Positions 1-12,300 of a DNA stretch of 64,000 bases are shown in pieces. The DNA comes from Octopus sinensis (taxonomy: Eukaryota). Position 1 is the stretch's first letter; every line of letters starts with the position of its first letter. The stretch is from NCBI RefSeq assembly GCF_006345805.1, contig NC_043002.1, positions 28,086,001-28,150,000 of the forward strand, written 5' to 3'. The notes beneath the pieces are model-generated. The model was not told the DNA's origin and did not search any database. It worked only from the letters and a program-made list of their open reading frames with translations. Made by a program: the position numbers and the translations under genes.

Positions 1-592
1 GTTCGTGAGCGCTGCACACTAATGCCTCAGTGGGCCCTTTTAAGTTTCCTTTCTGTTGCCATTGCCAGGTTCTATTCCAATCAAACTCATCTTTATTCTT
101 CAAGAACTGACTGTGCATTTTCATGTCCTGCCAAATTTTCATCTACTCTCTCTGGACTTTCTTAAATCGTGATGGATCTACGGCTTCGTTCACTTTTAAG
201 GTTCTCTGCATTTTCAGTACTTCGATCATTTCTTCTTTACTCCGCTTAACATACCAAGCCAGGCTATTCTCCTCTTCCCTTACACAACCTTCACAACACG
301 CCAATCCCCGTCCTCCTTTCCTTTTTACATATAATCTTGACACATCACTCTTGGAGTGTAGTTCTTCGTTCATTGTCATTAATTTACGTGTTTCCCGGTC
401 TATCTTTTGTAATTCATGCGTCTAACAAGATACTATTTCTGCCCCATATCTCACCAAAGCAACCGCCCATGTGTTAATTGCTCTAATCTTATAGCTGCCA
501 TTTAGCATCAATTGGAGCACGAGCCGAGTTATCCTCAAATACTCTTTCCTTTACATTTCTTTCATCTTGTGTCCATTCATCTTATTTCTGTC
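1..592 (-). mobile_element. R4/Dong-like RLE-class non-LTR retrotransposon fragment (post-RT region), decayed
   Basis: Minus-strand translation gives KEYLRITRLVL..LNGSYKIRAINTWAVALVRYGA..DVSRLYVKRKGGRGL with stops. It is homologous to the copy at 6439-6783. Confidence 0.8.
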
Positions 593-594
593 AA

Positions 595-853
595 GGTCAG
601 GTTGTTTATGGAAGACCAGCATCCGTCCATGCATCCCCTCTCCACGACACCAGTGTTATCCAAGGGAAAGGCAAAGGCTGATATAGCTTGGCACCTTTGA
701 CGTCGCAACTCATTTCAACAACCGAGTGAACTAGAGCAACGTGAAATAAAGTGTCTTGCTCAAGAACACAACACACAGCTCAATCAGGGATTCGAGGTCA
801 CAACCTCACGATCGTAAGCTCGACGCTCTAACCACCGAGTCAAGCGCCTTCAC
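595..853 (-). mobile_element. tRNA-derived SINE
   Basis: Minus strand starts gtgaaggcgcttgactcggtggttagagcg (A box), has B-box-like acctcgaatccc, then ttgagcaagacactt body; the 5' end abuts a (CA)n/(TA)n run. Confidence 0.75.
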
Positions 854-855
854 AC

Positions 856-898
<43 letters not shown>

Positions 899-1002
899 CA
901 TATATGTATGTTTATATATATACATATATATATATATGTATGTTTATATATATATACACACATATATATTTTATATATATATATATACATATATATATAT
1001 AC

Positions 1003-1054
<52 letters not shown>

Positions 1055-1064
1055 TTACATACAG

Positions 1065-1096
<32 letters not shown>

Positions 1097-1115
1097 TATA
1101 CACACACACACATAT

Positions 1116-1164
<49 letters not shown>
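851..1164. repeat. Compound (CA)n/(TA)n microsatellite
   Basis: Seen directly; it explains the YI/HT-repeat ORFs. Confidence 0.95.
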
Positions 1165-1169
<5 letters not shown>

Positions 1170-2329
1170 GCAGTTTGTCTGTCTGTGTGTCTCTCCTTTC
1201 TGTCTCTCCTTTTTCTCTCGCTCTTCGGTTTTCCCTTTAGCTAATCACATGACAGCATAACGCACTCAATTTTGGTGTATTAACATATTGACTAGCAGTA
1301 CGCGTAGAAATCCTCGGTAAATACGAAATTATTTAAAAGATTGTAAGTTTATATAGAGCCATAAAGTTTAGTGTTCCTTTTTAAATTGTATGCTCTGCAT
1401 TATTTTCATTTAAAAACATCTTTCAGTTATCCTGCATGAGGCTGTAATTGAAAAAGTTCAGAGATTCAGTCATAAATCTAAGAGCTCCACAATAATTACA
1501 GAGAATATTCATGTCACCAGTATTGTAACTTTCAACATGTTTACAGTTTTTTGACGTCTTCTCTCATTTTCATTTTATATTCTCCCGTGTATGTTCTAGA
1601 GCTTCTCTTTACGTCATTGCCTACACCCTCTCACTCTTCCTCTTGCAGTCATCCATATTGTATTAGCAAATATTTATTTTAAAGCGGTCAGCCGATAACA
1701 AATTACAGTTATGCGTTAAGTGATAGGCGATATAAACAATTTAGTTCAATTATAATATTTGAAAAATACACTTTTCACAATCCACTCACCACCAACACCT
1801 CCACCACCATCGCTATCACCCCCATCGCCGTCGCCATCAGTAACGAAGCTCAGTCTAGGTTGTTTGCCAACCAAAATAATTTGATTTCATTTCAGTTCAT
1901 CTGTTTGTTTATATCTACTTTCTTGCTATAAAGTTCAAAAATATTTTTTTCATAAGTATAACATCTACAGCTAGTTTACTAAATTATTGCACTTAGATTT
2001 AAAAATCCATCTTTCAATGACATGTTTATTATTATCATTCCTTCTTCTATCGATGTATTTCTCAATGTGGATAGATAAATAAATAGATCGACAGATAGAA
2101 GATATAAAAAATTGAATATTAAAATCTTATTTTCTTGTTATACACAATAATATATGATGTTTAAAATTTTTCTCTGCTAAGCACTTTATACTTCTCTCTC
2201 CTCTTCTTTTGTCCACCTCCAACCTCAATAAACTTTTAAGCATATCATTCCCCTCTTCACGTCGTTATCATTTTTCATTTACACTTCACCTCTCACTTCC
2301 ACTAACTAACAATAATATCGCTTATCTCT

Positions 2330-2333
2330 CAAT

Positions 2334-2366
<33 letters not shown>

Positions 2367-2535
2367 CTGTGTCTCTCTTTCTCGCACCCATCTCTCTCTT
2401 TCACTTTCCCCCTCTCTTTCTCTGCCTCTTCCTCTATTTTTCTGTGTCTCTCTCCTTTCCCTTCCTCTCTTTCTCTCTCTCTCTTCTCTCTCACTTTTCC
2501 TTTCTTTAACCTCACACTGCGAAAAGTATTTTTAA

Positions 2536-2602
<67 letters not shown>
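2330..2602. repeat. (CT)n-rich and (TA)n microsatellite tract
   Basis: Seen directly. Confidence 0.9.
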
Positions 2603-2609
<7 letters not shown>

Positions 2610-3439
2610 GTTGAACTAACTTTTTAACCACGTAATTAATATTACGCTCCCCCTACCTCGGGACATTAACACTTCTCTTCCCCCTTTGTCTCTCTTTTCC
2701 TTCTCACATGTTTGTTCAGCTCTTTGTTACTCGTCTTCTGTCTGTGTACAGCTTAGAACTCTGAATTATTTTTGCGAAAAATTATTTTAAAAACTCGATC
2801 TGTACGTTGTACTGTAGTAATGGTTCACTTCATGTAAACGTTTAATGCATACTTTCAAGCAAAAATTCAAATACGAAAGTTCAGAAATTAGGCACTCGAC
2901 AATAGAAATAAACAGGTAAGGAAAATACTGGAGATGGTAAGTTTTAAGCTTCACTTGTTACAATTGAAATAGGCACTGGTGTGTGTGTGCGGTTTTCGAT
3001 TGAAAGCTATTAGCTTTTTGTTTATTAATTTATGGTAAAAATGAAATTAATTGAAATAATTAACATACTAAAATACACCAGTACACTAAATTTGGAAACA
3101 ATTGAAACATAACTTTAGCAATTAACCACTGTAACATCAACGGAAAAGATCCATCCTTTTTATATAACACAAAATAAATATACTTAATATTTCAGAAATA
3201 TAACCACACATAAATGTAAATTGCTACGCTGAATTTTAATAATGTCGCGTTTTTCTTCAGTCACAACAATTAAAATTACCAATAAGAACATTGTTGAAAT
3301 GGTCACACATTTCAAGCTAGGAAAATATAATTTTGGGCATTTTAAAATAAATTTTCATGCAAAAAAGAAAGACTAGCAAACACCTTTCCGCAGCAGCTGA
3401 ACTCCTCATCTACCATTCTTATACTGTTTCCTTTCTCAT

Positions 3440-3980
3440 TGTCCATTTCCGGTCCAAGTCCATTTCGTTTTTTTCGTCCCTATTTGATCCTTTATTCTCC
3501 CCCCCCCCGTGGTCCGGGATCATGGGGGTATGATTTCCCATGTTTTTTCGTTGCAATTTTAGCTCGGATCGGGCTGCAAGCCCATTTGATCCTTTGTTAC
3601 GCTGTCGTACTGTCGAGCTTTGTCATCCCTCTTTCTGGATTGTCAGCAAGTCTTTCTCTGCAGTCAGTATCTGAAGAATTACAACCGTGTTTCGTGGTCT
3701 GCTACCACAACAGCTCTTTTATAGGATCCAGTTAGCTCAAGACATCATCAGGAGGAACCACGTCCGATTTCGGGCCCTACTATTCTACCGTTTTGACGTG
3801 GCGGGCTCTCCTTTCGGAGGTGTCTTCAGCTCTAGTGTTGGGTGCATGTCTTCTTTCTTCTTCTTTCTTCTGTTCCCTGGCTTCTTCGATGTATCACCAG
3901 CGAGTGTCAAATTTCTCCCTTTAATTACCTACCGCCTAGCCTCCAGCACGCAGCCCCAGCAAGTTGTCACGTGACACTGT
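3440..3980 (-). mobile_element. Candidate solo LTR (about 540 bp)
   Basis: GC-richer island flanked by a CTCAT direct repeat (3435-3439 and 3981-3985). The plus strand begins TGT, and TGACA lies 4 nt inside the right edge. The minus strand has cctataaaaagag (TATA-like, ~3710-3724) and a downstream AATAAA (~3490). Confidence 0.4.
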
Positions 3981-5129
3981 CTCATCATAACTGACTAGTG
4001 AAGGCGCGTAGTTTTAGCCCGCGCTTTTTCTAAACGACCGTCACCTGTCAGCAGGCAGCCCCAAACTATGGAAACACTTATTACAGATTAAGACATTTGA
4101 TTTCAACAAAAACGTTTCAGCGATTTGAAAATTGCATTGATCATGATTTTGTTTAAAAATATCTCTAATAAAACAAAGTAAGCACTATTTTACTGTATTT
4201 TCTTTTGTCTATAATTGTTTTAATTAAATATTCCATGAGAAATACGCCAGTAGCTTTCTTTGTGTAATATCCGAAGTGCGACGAATTGAAAATATTTACG
4301 AAGCATCAATTCATGTAACAGTCATTTAAAATATAACTTCCACCTTGTCAATTATTGATTGGACTAATCGCGTTATGTATGAGAGAAAAGATAGATACAA
4401 CACAAATTTCCCCTCGGAATGTAAGACTTTGTAAGTGTTATAAGATATTTTAAAGGTGTAAATAGTTTTCAAATATTGGTTGGATATAATCTCTTCAGAT
4501 ATTCTTAAAGGATTATCTCTGTTTTACTTTATCTTCCAGGTGCTTGCACATATATGGAACATGCGCTTCTGCAATCAGAAACTATGAATGCAAAGATCAC
4601 TTCCCTAATCTATATATCACTATATGTAAAAGTAAGGTATTTTATTTTTAGCCTAAATCTTGAATTAAAAAATGAATTTTCTGATATAAAGGGAATATAC
4701 TTGAAACAGAAATTACTTCTGTGATGTAATGAGTTCATATCCCTTTAATGTAGAATGTTATTGAAGGTACAAGAAATTGCAACGTTAAGGTATCTTGAGT
4801 AGACGTACCTAGGAAATAGCTCAGTACGTCACAAATTCAATGAGCACTTTTTCTTGTCAAACCAGATGTTAGTAGATATATGCAAATAGATCTCGGCAGC
4901 AGAGATTACACTGCGTAAATGGAGTATCGTATATTTCCAATACAGTTGTCTTGTTGGCTACCCCTACAGTTTGTAAACCATTTTCTTTTGCAATTTCCGT
5001 AACTGAAGTGACCGGGCATTATGCGTTCGAAAGGGGAAGCATTCAATGAGGATTTGCACAGTGTTTTCAGCCTTTTTTCCTACTCCATTCATTTTCCTTA
5101 AAAATGAGTCTCACGATGGACGGAGTGAG

Positions 5130-5392
5130 TAGATAGATAGATAGATAGGTAGGTAGGTAGGTAGGTAGGTAGGTAGGTAGGTAGGTAGGTAGGTAGGTAG
5201 GTAGGTAGGTAGGTAGGTAGATAGGTAGATATATAGATAGATAGATACATACATACATACATAACAATGTAAAGATTTTCTTATCGAGAGAAAAAGGAAA
5301 AATAGGGAGGAAAAGAGGATGAGAAAATAAATTTCCGATCAAAAGGGAACACACACACACACACATATCCACACACGCATGCGCGCGCGCAC

Positions 5393-5431
<39 letters not shown>

Positions 5432-5684
5432 TAGATAGATAGATAGGTAGGTAGGTAGGTAGGTAGTAGGTAGGTAGGTAGGTAGGTAGGTAGGAGGTAG
5501 GTAGGTAGGTAGATAGGTAGATATATAGATAGATAGATACATACATACATACATAACAATGTAAAGATTTTCTTATCGAGAGAAAAAGGAAAAATAGGGA
5601 GGAAAAGAGGATGAGAAAATAAATTTCCGATCAAAAGGGAACACACACACACACACATATCCACACACGCATGCGCGCGCGCAC

Positions 5685-5748
<64 letters not shown>
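5130..5748. repeat. About 295-bp tandem duplication of a unit built on (GGTA)n/(GATA)n/(CATA)n microsatellites
   Basis: The segment acataacaatgtaaagattttcttatcgag...gcgcgcgcacatagatag occurs at ~5258-5400 and ~5550-5700; a degenerate third copy lies at ~5810-5865. Confidence 0.9.
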
Positions 5749-5869
5749 CTTTCTTTATTAGCCACAGAGGGCCGAATACAGTGGGGACAAAATACAATGT
5801 GGAGCATTTCTTTTCGAGAGAAAAAAAGAAAATAGGAGGAGAAAATAAATTTCCGATGAAAAGGGGTAT

Positions 5870-7560
5870 GTTGTGTCCTTGTATGACTTTAAACTGTATC
5901 CGGTACTTAGAGACTGCAAGAAGAGGCAAACTAACTGCCATGGATCCATTATCGTAAGGCGTATGATATGAGCCCACATTCTTGGATTATGGAATGTATG
6001 AACCTATTTTGGTATTGCATCGAATGTTGATCGATTGCTTGAGAAAAGTATGGCGAAGTGGAAAGGGGAAGTGACAGCATATGGAAGAAGTTTAAGAAAA
6101 ATAGATATCAGGAGAAGCATCTTCCAAGGGGACTGCCTGTCCCCACTGATATTTGTATTGTGCATGATACGACTAACACTTATTCTGAGGAAAGAAAAGG
6201 CTGGGTATGTATTCAAAAGCTGCCAACAAAAAGTCAACCACTTGTTACTCATGAATGACCTCAAACTTTATGGTAAAGATGAATCCCAAGTCACTTCTCT
6301 CGTTGATACGGTGTATATGTTCAGTGCTGATATCAGAATGGAGTTCGGGATGAGAAAGTGTGTTTCGTTAAACTTGAAGAAAGACAAAATCAAGTGGGAG
6401 GTTATGAAGTAGACGGGCTATAGACGGGCTATAAGTAGTTGGGGATATTAGAAATGGATAAATTGATGGAGAAAGAAATGACAGAAAAATTTAAGGTGGA
6501 GTACTTGCGCAGACTGAGACTGATCCTTAAGTCGAAATTAAACGGACGGAATAAGATTGAAACTATCAACATCTGGGTGGTTTCACTCCTTAGATATGGA
6601 GCAGGGGTAATTGCATGGACAGTAGAGGAACTAAACAGCTTAGACAGAAAGACGAGTATGTTGCTGACTAGATATGGGATAGTCCGTCCAAGTGACACAG
6701 ACAGACTGTATGTACCAAGAAGAAAAGGGGGAAAAGGACTGATTGTATACGAACACAGCATTAGAGCAGAAGAAAAATCATAGCATGATATGTAAAAATG
6801 CCACAGAAGCGCTGTTATTGGAAGTGAGAAGGTCAGACTTGTGTAGGATGGAAGATTGCAAATAAAGCACTGTACAAACACTTGAGAATGAATGAAACTA
6901 AAAGTAGGTGGATAAAGAATAGAATGCATGGACACTTTCATAGGGATATTGAAGATAAGACAGACAGAGAAAAAAGATCGCTATGGATGACGAAAAGGGA
7001 TTTAAAACCGGAAACGGAGGCTCTAATTTCTGCTGCCCAAGAGCAAGCGTTAAGAAGCAATTACATCAAATACAAAAGTGATAAGTGAAGAATTTGTGGA
7101 CAAAATGGTGAAATCGTACGGCATATTACCAGTCAATGTATGCTCATATGGGATTTTATGATTCAGTGCGACCATGAGATAAGGAATAGGAAACCAGACA
7201 TAGTCTTAATTGAGAAAGAGATCAAACGATGCTGAATCAAAGGATATAGCATGCCCAGCTGACAAGTTATATGATAAGGAAGAAAGTCAATCAATATAAC
7301 AGGTCGCTGAAAAAGATGGTAGTAGTACCAATAATTGTCGGAGCCCTGGCAACAGTAAGTAAATATCTTGAGAAGTACATGGAACAAATAGGGGATGCAG
7401 TAAGGGTGGAGCACTTGCAGAAAACTGCACTGCTTGGAACCGCGTGAATACTCCGGATGGTGCTTGAAAAATAAGGGGTGTTACCTTAATTCACTGGTAG
7501 TGAACAGCTGACACCATAGTGATCTCCAGCGTTAGAAGTTGTACAAAGACAATAAAAGAA
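5870..7560 (+). mobile_element. R4/Dong-like RLE non-LTR retrotransposon, 5'-truncated, decayed (RT, CCHC, PD-D nuclease, 3'UTR)
   Basis: ORFs 6035-6412 (IFQGDCLSPL, HLLLMNDLKLYG), 6439-6783 (KLNGRNK, LRYGAG, DRLYVPRRKGGKGL) and 6882-7088 (ETEALISAAQEQAL). These are followed by a zinc-knuckle relic, RNRKPDIVLIEKE and QKTALLGT; the element ends in a taa-rich tail. Confidence 0.9.
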
Positions 7561-7952
7561 TAATAATTATGATAATAATAGTAGTAATAAAGTGTATGGA
7601 GATTTGTACACGCACAAAATATATTTTATTGTTATATGCAGCACATTATAATGACATACAAATGTTTCTGTTGCAGCGAGTTTCCGGAATTACCAAAAAA
7701 TAAATTTTGTGCAGGTACAAGACACCATGCTCTCAATAAATTATTCTAAAACTATAAATTTATACTTCAGACATTTTTACCAGCGGATAATACACGGAAT
7801 TACACTCAGGAAGTATTCACGGAGTGACTAACAACTAATTATTGTCACAAACGTTAGATACTGATCGTTGTGGTTAGTAGTTAAAAGGAACTTAACTAAG
7901 AGTTAATACGTCGCCCATCCTGGTAATATATCCCAGCAAACGCACTTATATA

Positions 7953-8052
<100 letters not shown>

Positions 8053-8606
8053 GAGTGAGAGAGCAGTGCATGCCATCAAAGTGACACTGGGGTAAAATAT
8101 ACGAAGCCCAGTATACCCATCATGACTACCCGTCTGATAAGAGTACACCAAGCATATGCATCACAACCATATGTGCGCGACATGGTGATCTCATATCAAG
8201 ATAAACAGCGCATGACCTTGAAGGTGGGGCCCAGTTACAATTTTCCTCTGGTCGAGTAGCCCATCCCGCTCAAAAGGTCCCTGAATAAGGATTGTTTAAG
8301 AATGTTGAACGAACGACCCATGTTTCCAAAGGTGAATTATCCAAACCTCTAAGAATTCCTCTCAACACATGGCTATGATGCTCGCCCACTACTTCTGCTC
8401 GTGATCAGAGATGCACATATCGTCAGCCACTAAGGGATATGTTCAACTGGTTAAGGTCAAACAACTGACAGGCAAATCGGTGGTATTGAGCAGAATATTT
8501 ACTGTAGACCATCTTTTATACCAAGACAAAACAATGTACATGATAACACTTCGAATCAGTTAAGATCAGGAGCCATGAGGGCCACTGTCTGGTACTGCAT
8601 CAGAGC

Positions 8607-8608
<2 letters not shown>
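8053..8608 (-). mobile_element. About 555-bp non-coding element embedded between two (TTA)n arrays (probable non-autonomous retroelement)
   Basis: Sharp boundaries against (TTA)n at 7954-8052 and 8609-8668. The minus strand ends ...gcactgctctctcactc(AAT)n. There is no long ORF. Confidence 0.6.
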
Positions 8609-8669
<61 letters not shown>

Positions 8670-8829
8670 AGAACTCGGGAAACTTGGTTGAGTGTTCTAT
8701 GGTCTATGACCAGAACTCGGGGTCACCACTGTAAAGGGAACTGGTTGCTTCTTTACACTTTTTGGGTGCAACTTGGGTGCAACACAATTTCCTTTCTTTT
8801 GTTTCTAGAAACTACCAGAATATGATATT

Positions 8830-9074
8830 CCTATCATAGTAGGTGCATTAGGCATGATAAAAAAAATATTCAGACAAATACATAACAAAAACACCAGGAC
8901 TTACAAACACATATAACATACAGAAAATTGCACTACTAGGCACTGCACACATCCTACGCAGAACACTTTCCATACAATAACCATCAGAGCATCACAACAA
9001 ATCACAGCACATACCCAAGGCACACAGAGCTGCGCTCGGTAGTGAAGTGAAAGCACGCTATAAAAATAAAACTA

Positions 9075-9105
<31 letters not shown>
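8830..9105 (+). mobile_element. R4/Dong-like LINE 3' end with 3'UTR and (TAA)n tail
   Basis: Translates PIIVGALGMIKK..YNIQKIALLGTAHILRRTLSIQ*. It is near-identical to the reverse-strand copy at 43386-43630. Confidence 0.85.
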
Positions 9106-9106
<1 letters not shown>

Positions 9107-10070
9107 CGGTATTATTGTTGATCGTATTGTTAGTTGTATTACCAATAATAATACTAATAATAATAGGAATAGTGTTGTTGTTGGTGGTGGTAATAATAGT
9201 AGTAACAACAATCATAGCAATAAAACTTCGTTTCGATCTCGGAGGACAACCCCAACAGAATAAAATTTTTGTCTAATAATTCTAAGATTAAGAATTCTAT
9301 TTACCAGTGTAAAATTTCTTCCGGTACCGATGTCTTCTTCTATATAGGTGCGTCCACTTCCCAGTTATCCAAGAGAATTTCAAACCATTATTCATCATTT
9401 AGGGATAGTAAAAAATGACATAGTACAGGACTAAGTAAATTAGTTTGGCGTCTTAAAGACAATAATATGGATTTTAAGTTAGAATGGTTCATACTGTCTG
9501 TATCCTTTCCTTTTGATAAGGGTAGGAGATTTTGTAACATTTGCAACTCTGAACTTCCATATTCTCTTCTCTAAGGATTCCCTTGTAAACACACTTATAG
9601 AGAAATCGTACAAATGTAAACACTGGCAGAAACATACTTTTTACTCGTATAAATTATTTCGATAGTCATTATAGTTCGAACAATTAGTTTAACGCTCACT
9701 CCACTTCAATAGAGAAATTCTTTCCTAAGCCTTTTAACATTCTTTTAATCAACGTACCCCTCCCTCTCTGTTTGTTCCCTACTTATTATTCCTTTAACCC
9801 TTTCCTTCCTACTATCTAACTTTGACGTCAATTCTACTAACGGTTTTTTTAAACACTCATTAACGTTTTGTTTACCATGTAGGCAGTCATCGCAATTATT
9901 ATTTTGTCTTGTTGTTGAGAGAGGCTCCCATTCTTTCCTGATGAGAAGATTGCATTTTGCACCTTTGGAATAAAACCATGTTGTCTTCGAAACATATGTC
10001 GAGAATAAAGGAATTTTGTTAACATCTTCGTTCAACTCGATTTATTTATTTATTCATATATAACACACAA
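9105..10070 (+). mobile_element. Penelope-like element 3' fragment: Asn-rich linker, GIY-YIG endonuclease and pseudo-LTR with hammerhead
   Basis: Plus-strand translation from ~9290 gives KNSIYQCKISSGTDVFFYIGAST..KRISNHYSSF..STGLSKLVWRLKD..EW..FCNICNSE. An HHR core lies at 9938-10004. Confidence 0.8.
9934..10004 (+). ncRNA. Type I hammerhead ribozyme (intact core)
   Basis: UUUC-CUGAUGA(9938-9944)-GAAGA..UCUUC(stem II)-GAAA(9989-9992)-CAUAUG-UC|GAGA; predicted cleavage after 10000. Confidence 0.75.
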
Positions 10071-10226
10071 ATTTCTGCACATGAACCCGGAGTTTCTACC
10101 CTTGAATAGGTCGCTTCAACCGTGTTTCTGCCGTGAATTTGCTACCCTGGTATCGGTTCATCGAATTTTCCATGTTGACGGTAAACATAGGATAATTCAT
10201 TCACATATCAATATATATATATATAT

Positions 10227-10362
10227 ACAACAGGCTTCTTTCAGTTTCCGTCTACCAAATTCACTTACAATGCCCTGGTTGGCCCGAGGCTACAGTAGAA
10301 GACACTTGCCCAATGTGCCAGTGGGACTGAACCCGAAACCATGAAATTGGAAAGCAAGCTAC
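10227..10362 (-). mobile_element. SINE family A, 5' fragment
   Basis: Shares ggttcagtcccact..ggcaagtgtcttcta..gtagacggaaactgaaagaagcc with the copies at 26870, 41750 and 55909. Confidence 0.8.
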
Positions 10363-10509
10363 TTTATTTCATAAAATTTGTCAATATAGACAGTACAAAG
10401 AGTGCGTAGCTTTGCGGGCTGGACAAACACATTAATGAATGAAAATGAAATAAAATGAATAAATGAGAGACGAAACCCAACACCCACCGATTGGATTTTT
10501 CTCGAAAAC

Positions 10510-12300
10510 ATATTTTCTTTTTTTTAAAAAATCAATATGAGGTTTCAAACCTCTTATAAGAAGGGGGCACTAAAACCTCTTACGTAACATGTTTTTTTTT
10601 AAACACACAATTGAGAGTATAAACCACTACAAATGATACAATAAGATGAGGTTTCAAACTCTCTAACGAGGCTTTTCACCTCCTACTCGTCGATATATCG
10701 ATCGATATATTCATCATTATCTTCAATGCCGCTTGAGTTCCTGTATCCCGCCATTTCCCATGCCCTACTCATGTAGGACATGTAAGTCGTGTATGGACCA
10801 CGCGACCATATGTGACACTCCTCCCCAAATCCTTTAAGCCTTTCCCACAAGGGAAACCTTATGACCTCTACAGCTATCTGCGGAGGCCACTCGAGATCCC
10901 GTGTGAAAGGCATATCTACTGTCTCTTTATGTTCTACTATTTTTCCACCTCCCCGCCCTTGTAGAAAAAGATAATTAATTAATTATCTTTATGGGTGGGA
11001 GTCGTTTCTTCCTCCGTGGGTGGCCCAACTTCGGGACATGCAGACGGCACATCATCACCCCCCTGCGATGACCCAGTCTTTTTCTTTTTTTTCTTTCTTT
11101 TTTTCTTTTCTTCCTGACTTCGGGAGAGTGGAGCTCTTCCACTTTGTCCGGAGTCTCTCCCCCTCCTCCTGAAGACTTAGGTTCCTTCATCGGGCAACTA
11201 TTGTTGCCCGCCTTCTTCCTTTTTAATGCTTTTTGGGTTGAGGAGACTGAAGCTCTCCTCGACCACATCCACCTCTCCCTTTGACCGGGTAGGGGAGGTG
11301 GCATGCAGTGACTGTTCCAGGACCTTACCATGGTCCTGGGGGCAGTTCTTTTTAATGTGGCCTGGCTGCAGTCACGAGTGACACTTGGGGGGACGTCCCT
11401 CAATTATCACCGGAAACCTGCAGCCAGCCATTTAAAATAAATCTGGAAAAAACAGTTCTGTGGCGGCAGATGGGGTTCACAGGGTCAAAATCGCTTTTGA
11501 CCCTTCCCAATCGACCGCCGACAATACCCTTACATTTAAGAGCCTGGGCCTGCTATCCCCCAGTCCCCGTCGGATGGTATCTTCAATCCAGCCCGCTTCG
11601 GTGTTTGGGGGTAACCCACATACCCAGGCTCTTATTAATTTCCTCCCGCAATACGACGGGAGGAACAGAATTTCATAGCCTTCTAAAGGCTGACTCGCAA
11701 ACTGGCGAGCCTTTTCCCCGTTGTCAAACAGCAACCATACGGTTGCATGTTTGACACCACGGGATATGTATTTCACCGAGGATAAATAGTCTTTCAGTTC
11801 ATTTTCTATGACTGGTTTTGGGAAGGCGGTGATGGAATCAAGAACTTTAGAATAAGTTCTAAACACCACCGTCCTCTCCTCCATATCTTTTAACCACTGC
11901 TTAGGCGGGTTAATTTCCCACTCTAAGACAGAGTTCTTCTTTTTAAGTTCTTTCTCTGCCATGTTAAAAAAAAACAGTTCAAAAGTAGTTCAAGAGACAG
12001 TCTTCCAAAAAACTAAACCGGATAAAAATAAAACAAAATAAGAGAAGGAAAGGAAACTGAAATTAAATTAATGAAAAGAATGAACCAAAATTTAGAAAGA
12101 AAGAAAAAAATAGGGAAAAATAAAAGAAAAAACTCACAAATAGCACAGATAGGGAATCCTTTGTATAATACTCAAAACAGGTAATCCAATAATTCTTGAA
12201 GTATTCCAGTTCGAAAAAATTATTCTTGGGTTATTCTTGAAGTATTGCAGTTCGAAAAAATTCCACTTTTTCTGGGAGATACACCCACTAGAATTTATAA
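10510..12300 (-). mobile_element. Tx1/L1-type ORF1-bearing element lacking ORF2 (decayed)
   Basis: ORF 11477-11962 continues after a frameshift into PVIIEGRPPK-C-H-S-[tga]-LQPG-H-IKKN-C (CX2CX4HX4C knuckle, ~11342-11384). A Lys-rich tract and ORF 10683-10913 follow. A long 5'UTR has a 30-bp direct repeat (12192-12222 and 12233-12262). Confidence 0.6.
11477..11962 (-). CDS. N-terminal part of LINE ORF1 (RNA-binding/RRM-like region, inferred)
   Basis: 161-aa non-repetitive ORF with its own ATG, immediately upstream of the zinc knuckle. Confidence 0.55.
   Translation of the reverse strand: MAEKELKKKNSVLEWEINPPKQWLKDMEERTVVFRTYSKVLDSITAFPKPVIENELKDYLSSVKYISRGVKHATVWLLFDNGEKARQFASQPLEGYEILFLPSYCGRKLIRAWVCGLPPNTEAGWIEDTIRRGLGDSRPRLLNVRVLSAVDWEGSKAILTL

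Noticed and set aside
595-853. tRNA genes at SINE heads (also 54241, 55909, 62425)
   Set aside because: They have A/B-box resemblance only, run into SINE bodies and show no full cloverleaf.
756-1260. Long YI/HT/CV-repeat ORFs here and at ~5.1-6.0, 16.2-16.8, 36.6-37.5, 41.2-41.8, 43.0-43.5 and 60.8-63.9 kb
   Set aside because: They are translations of stop-free microsatellites, not genes.
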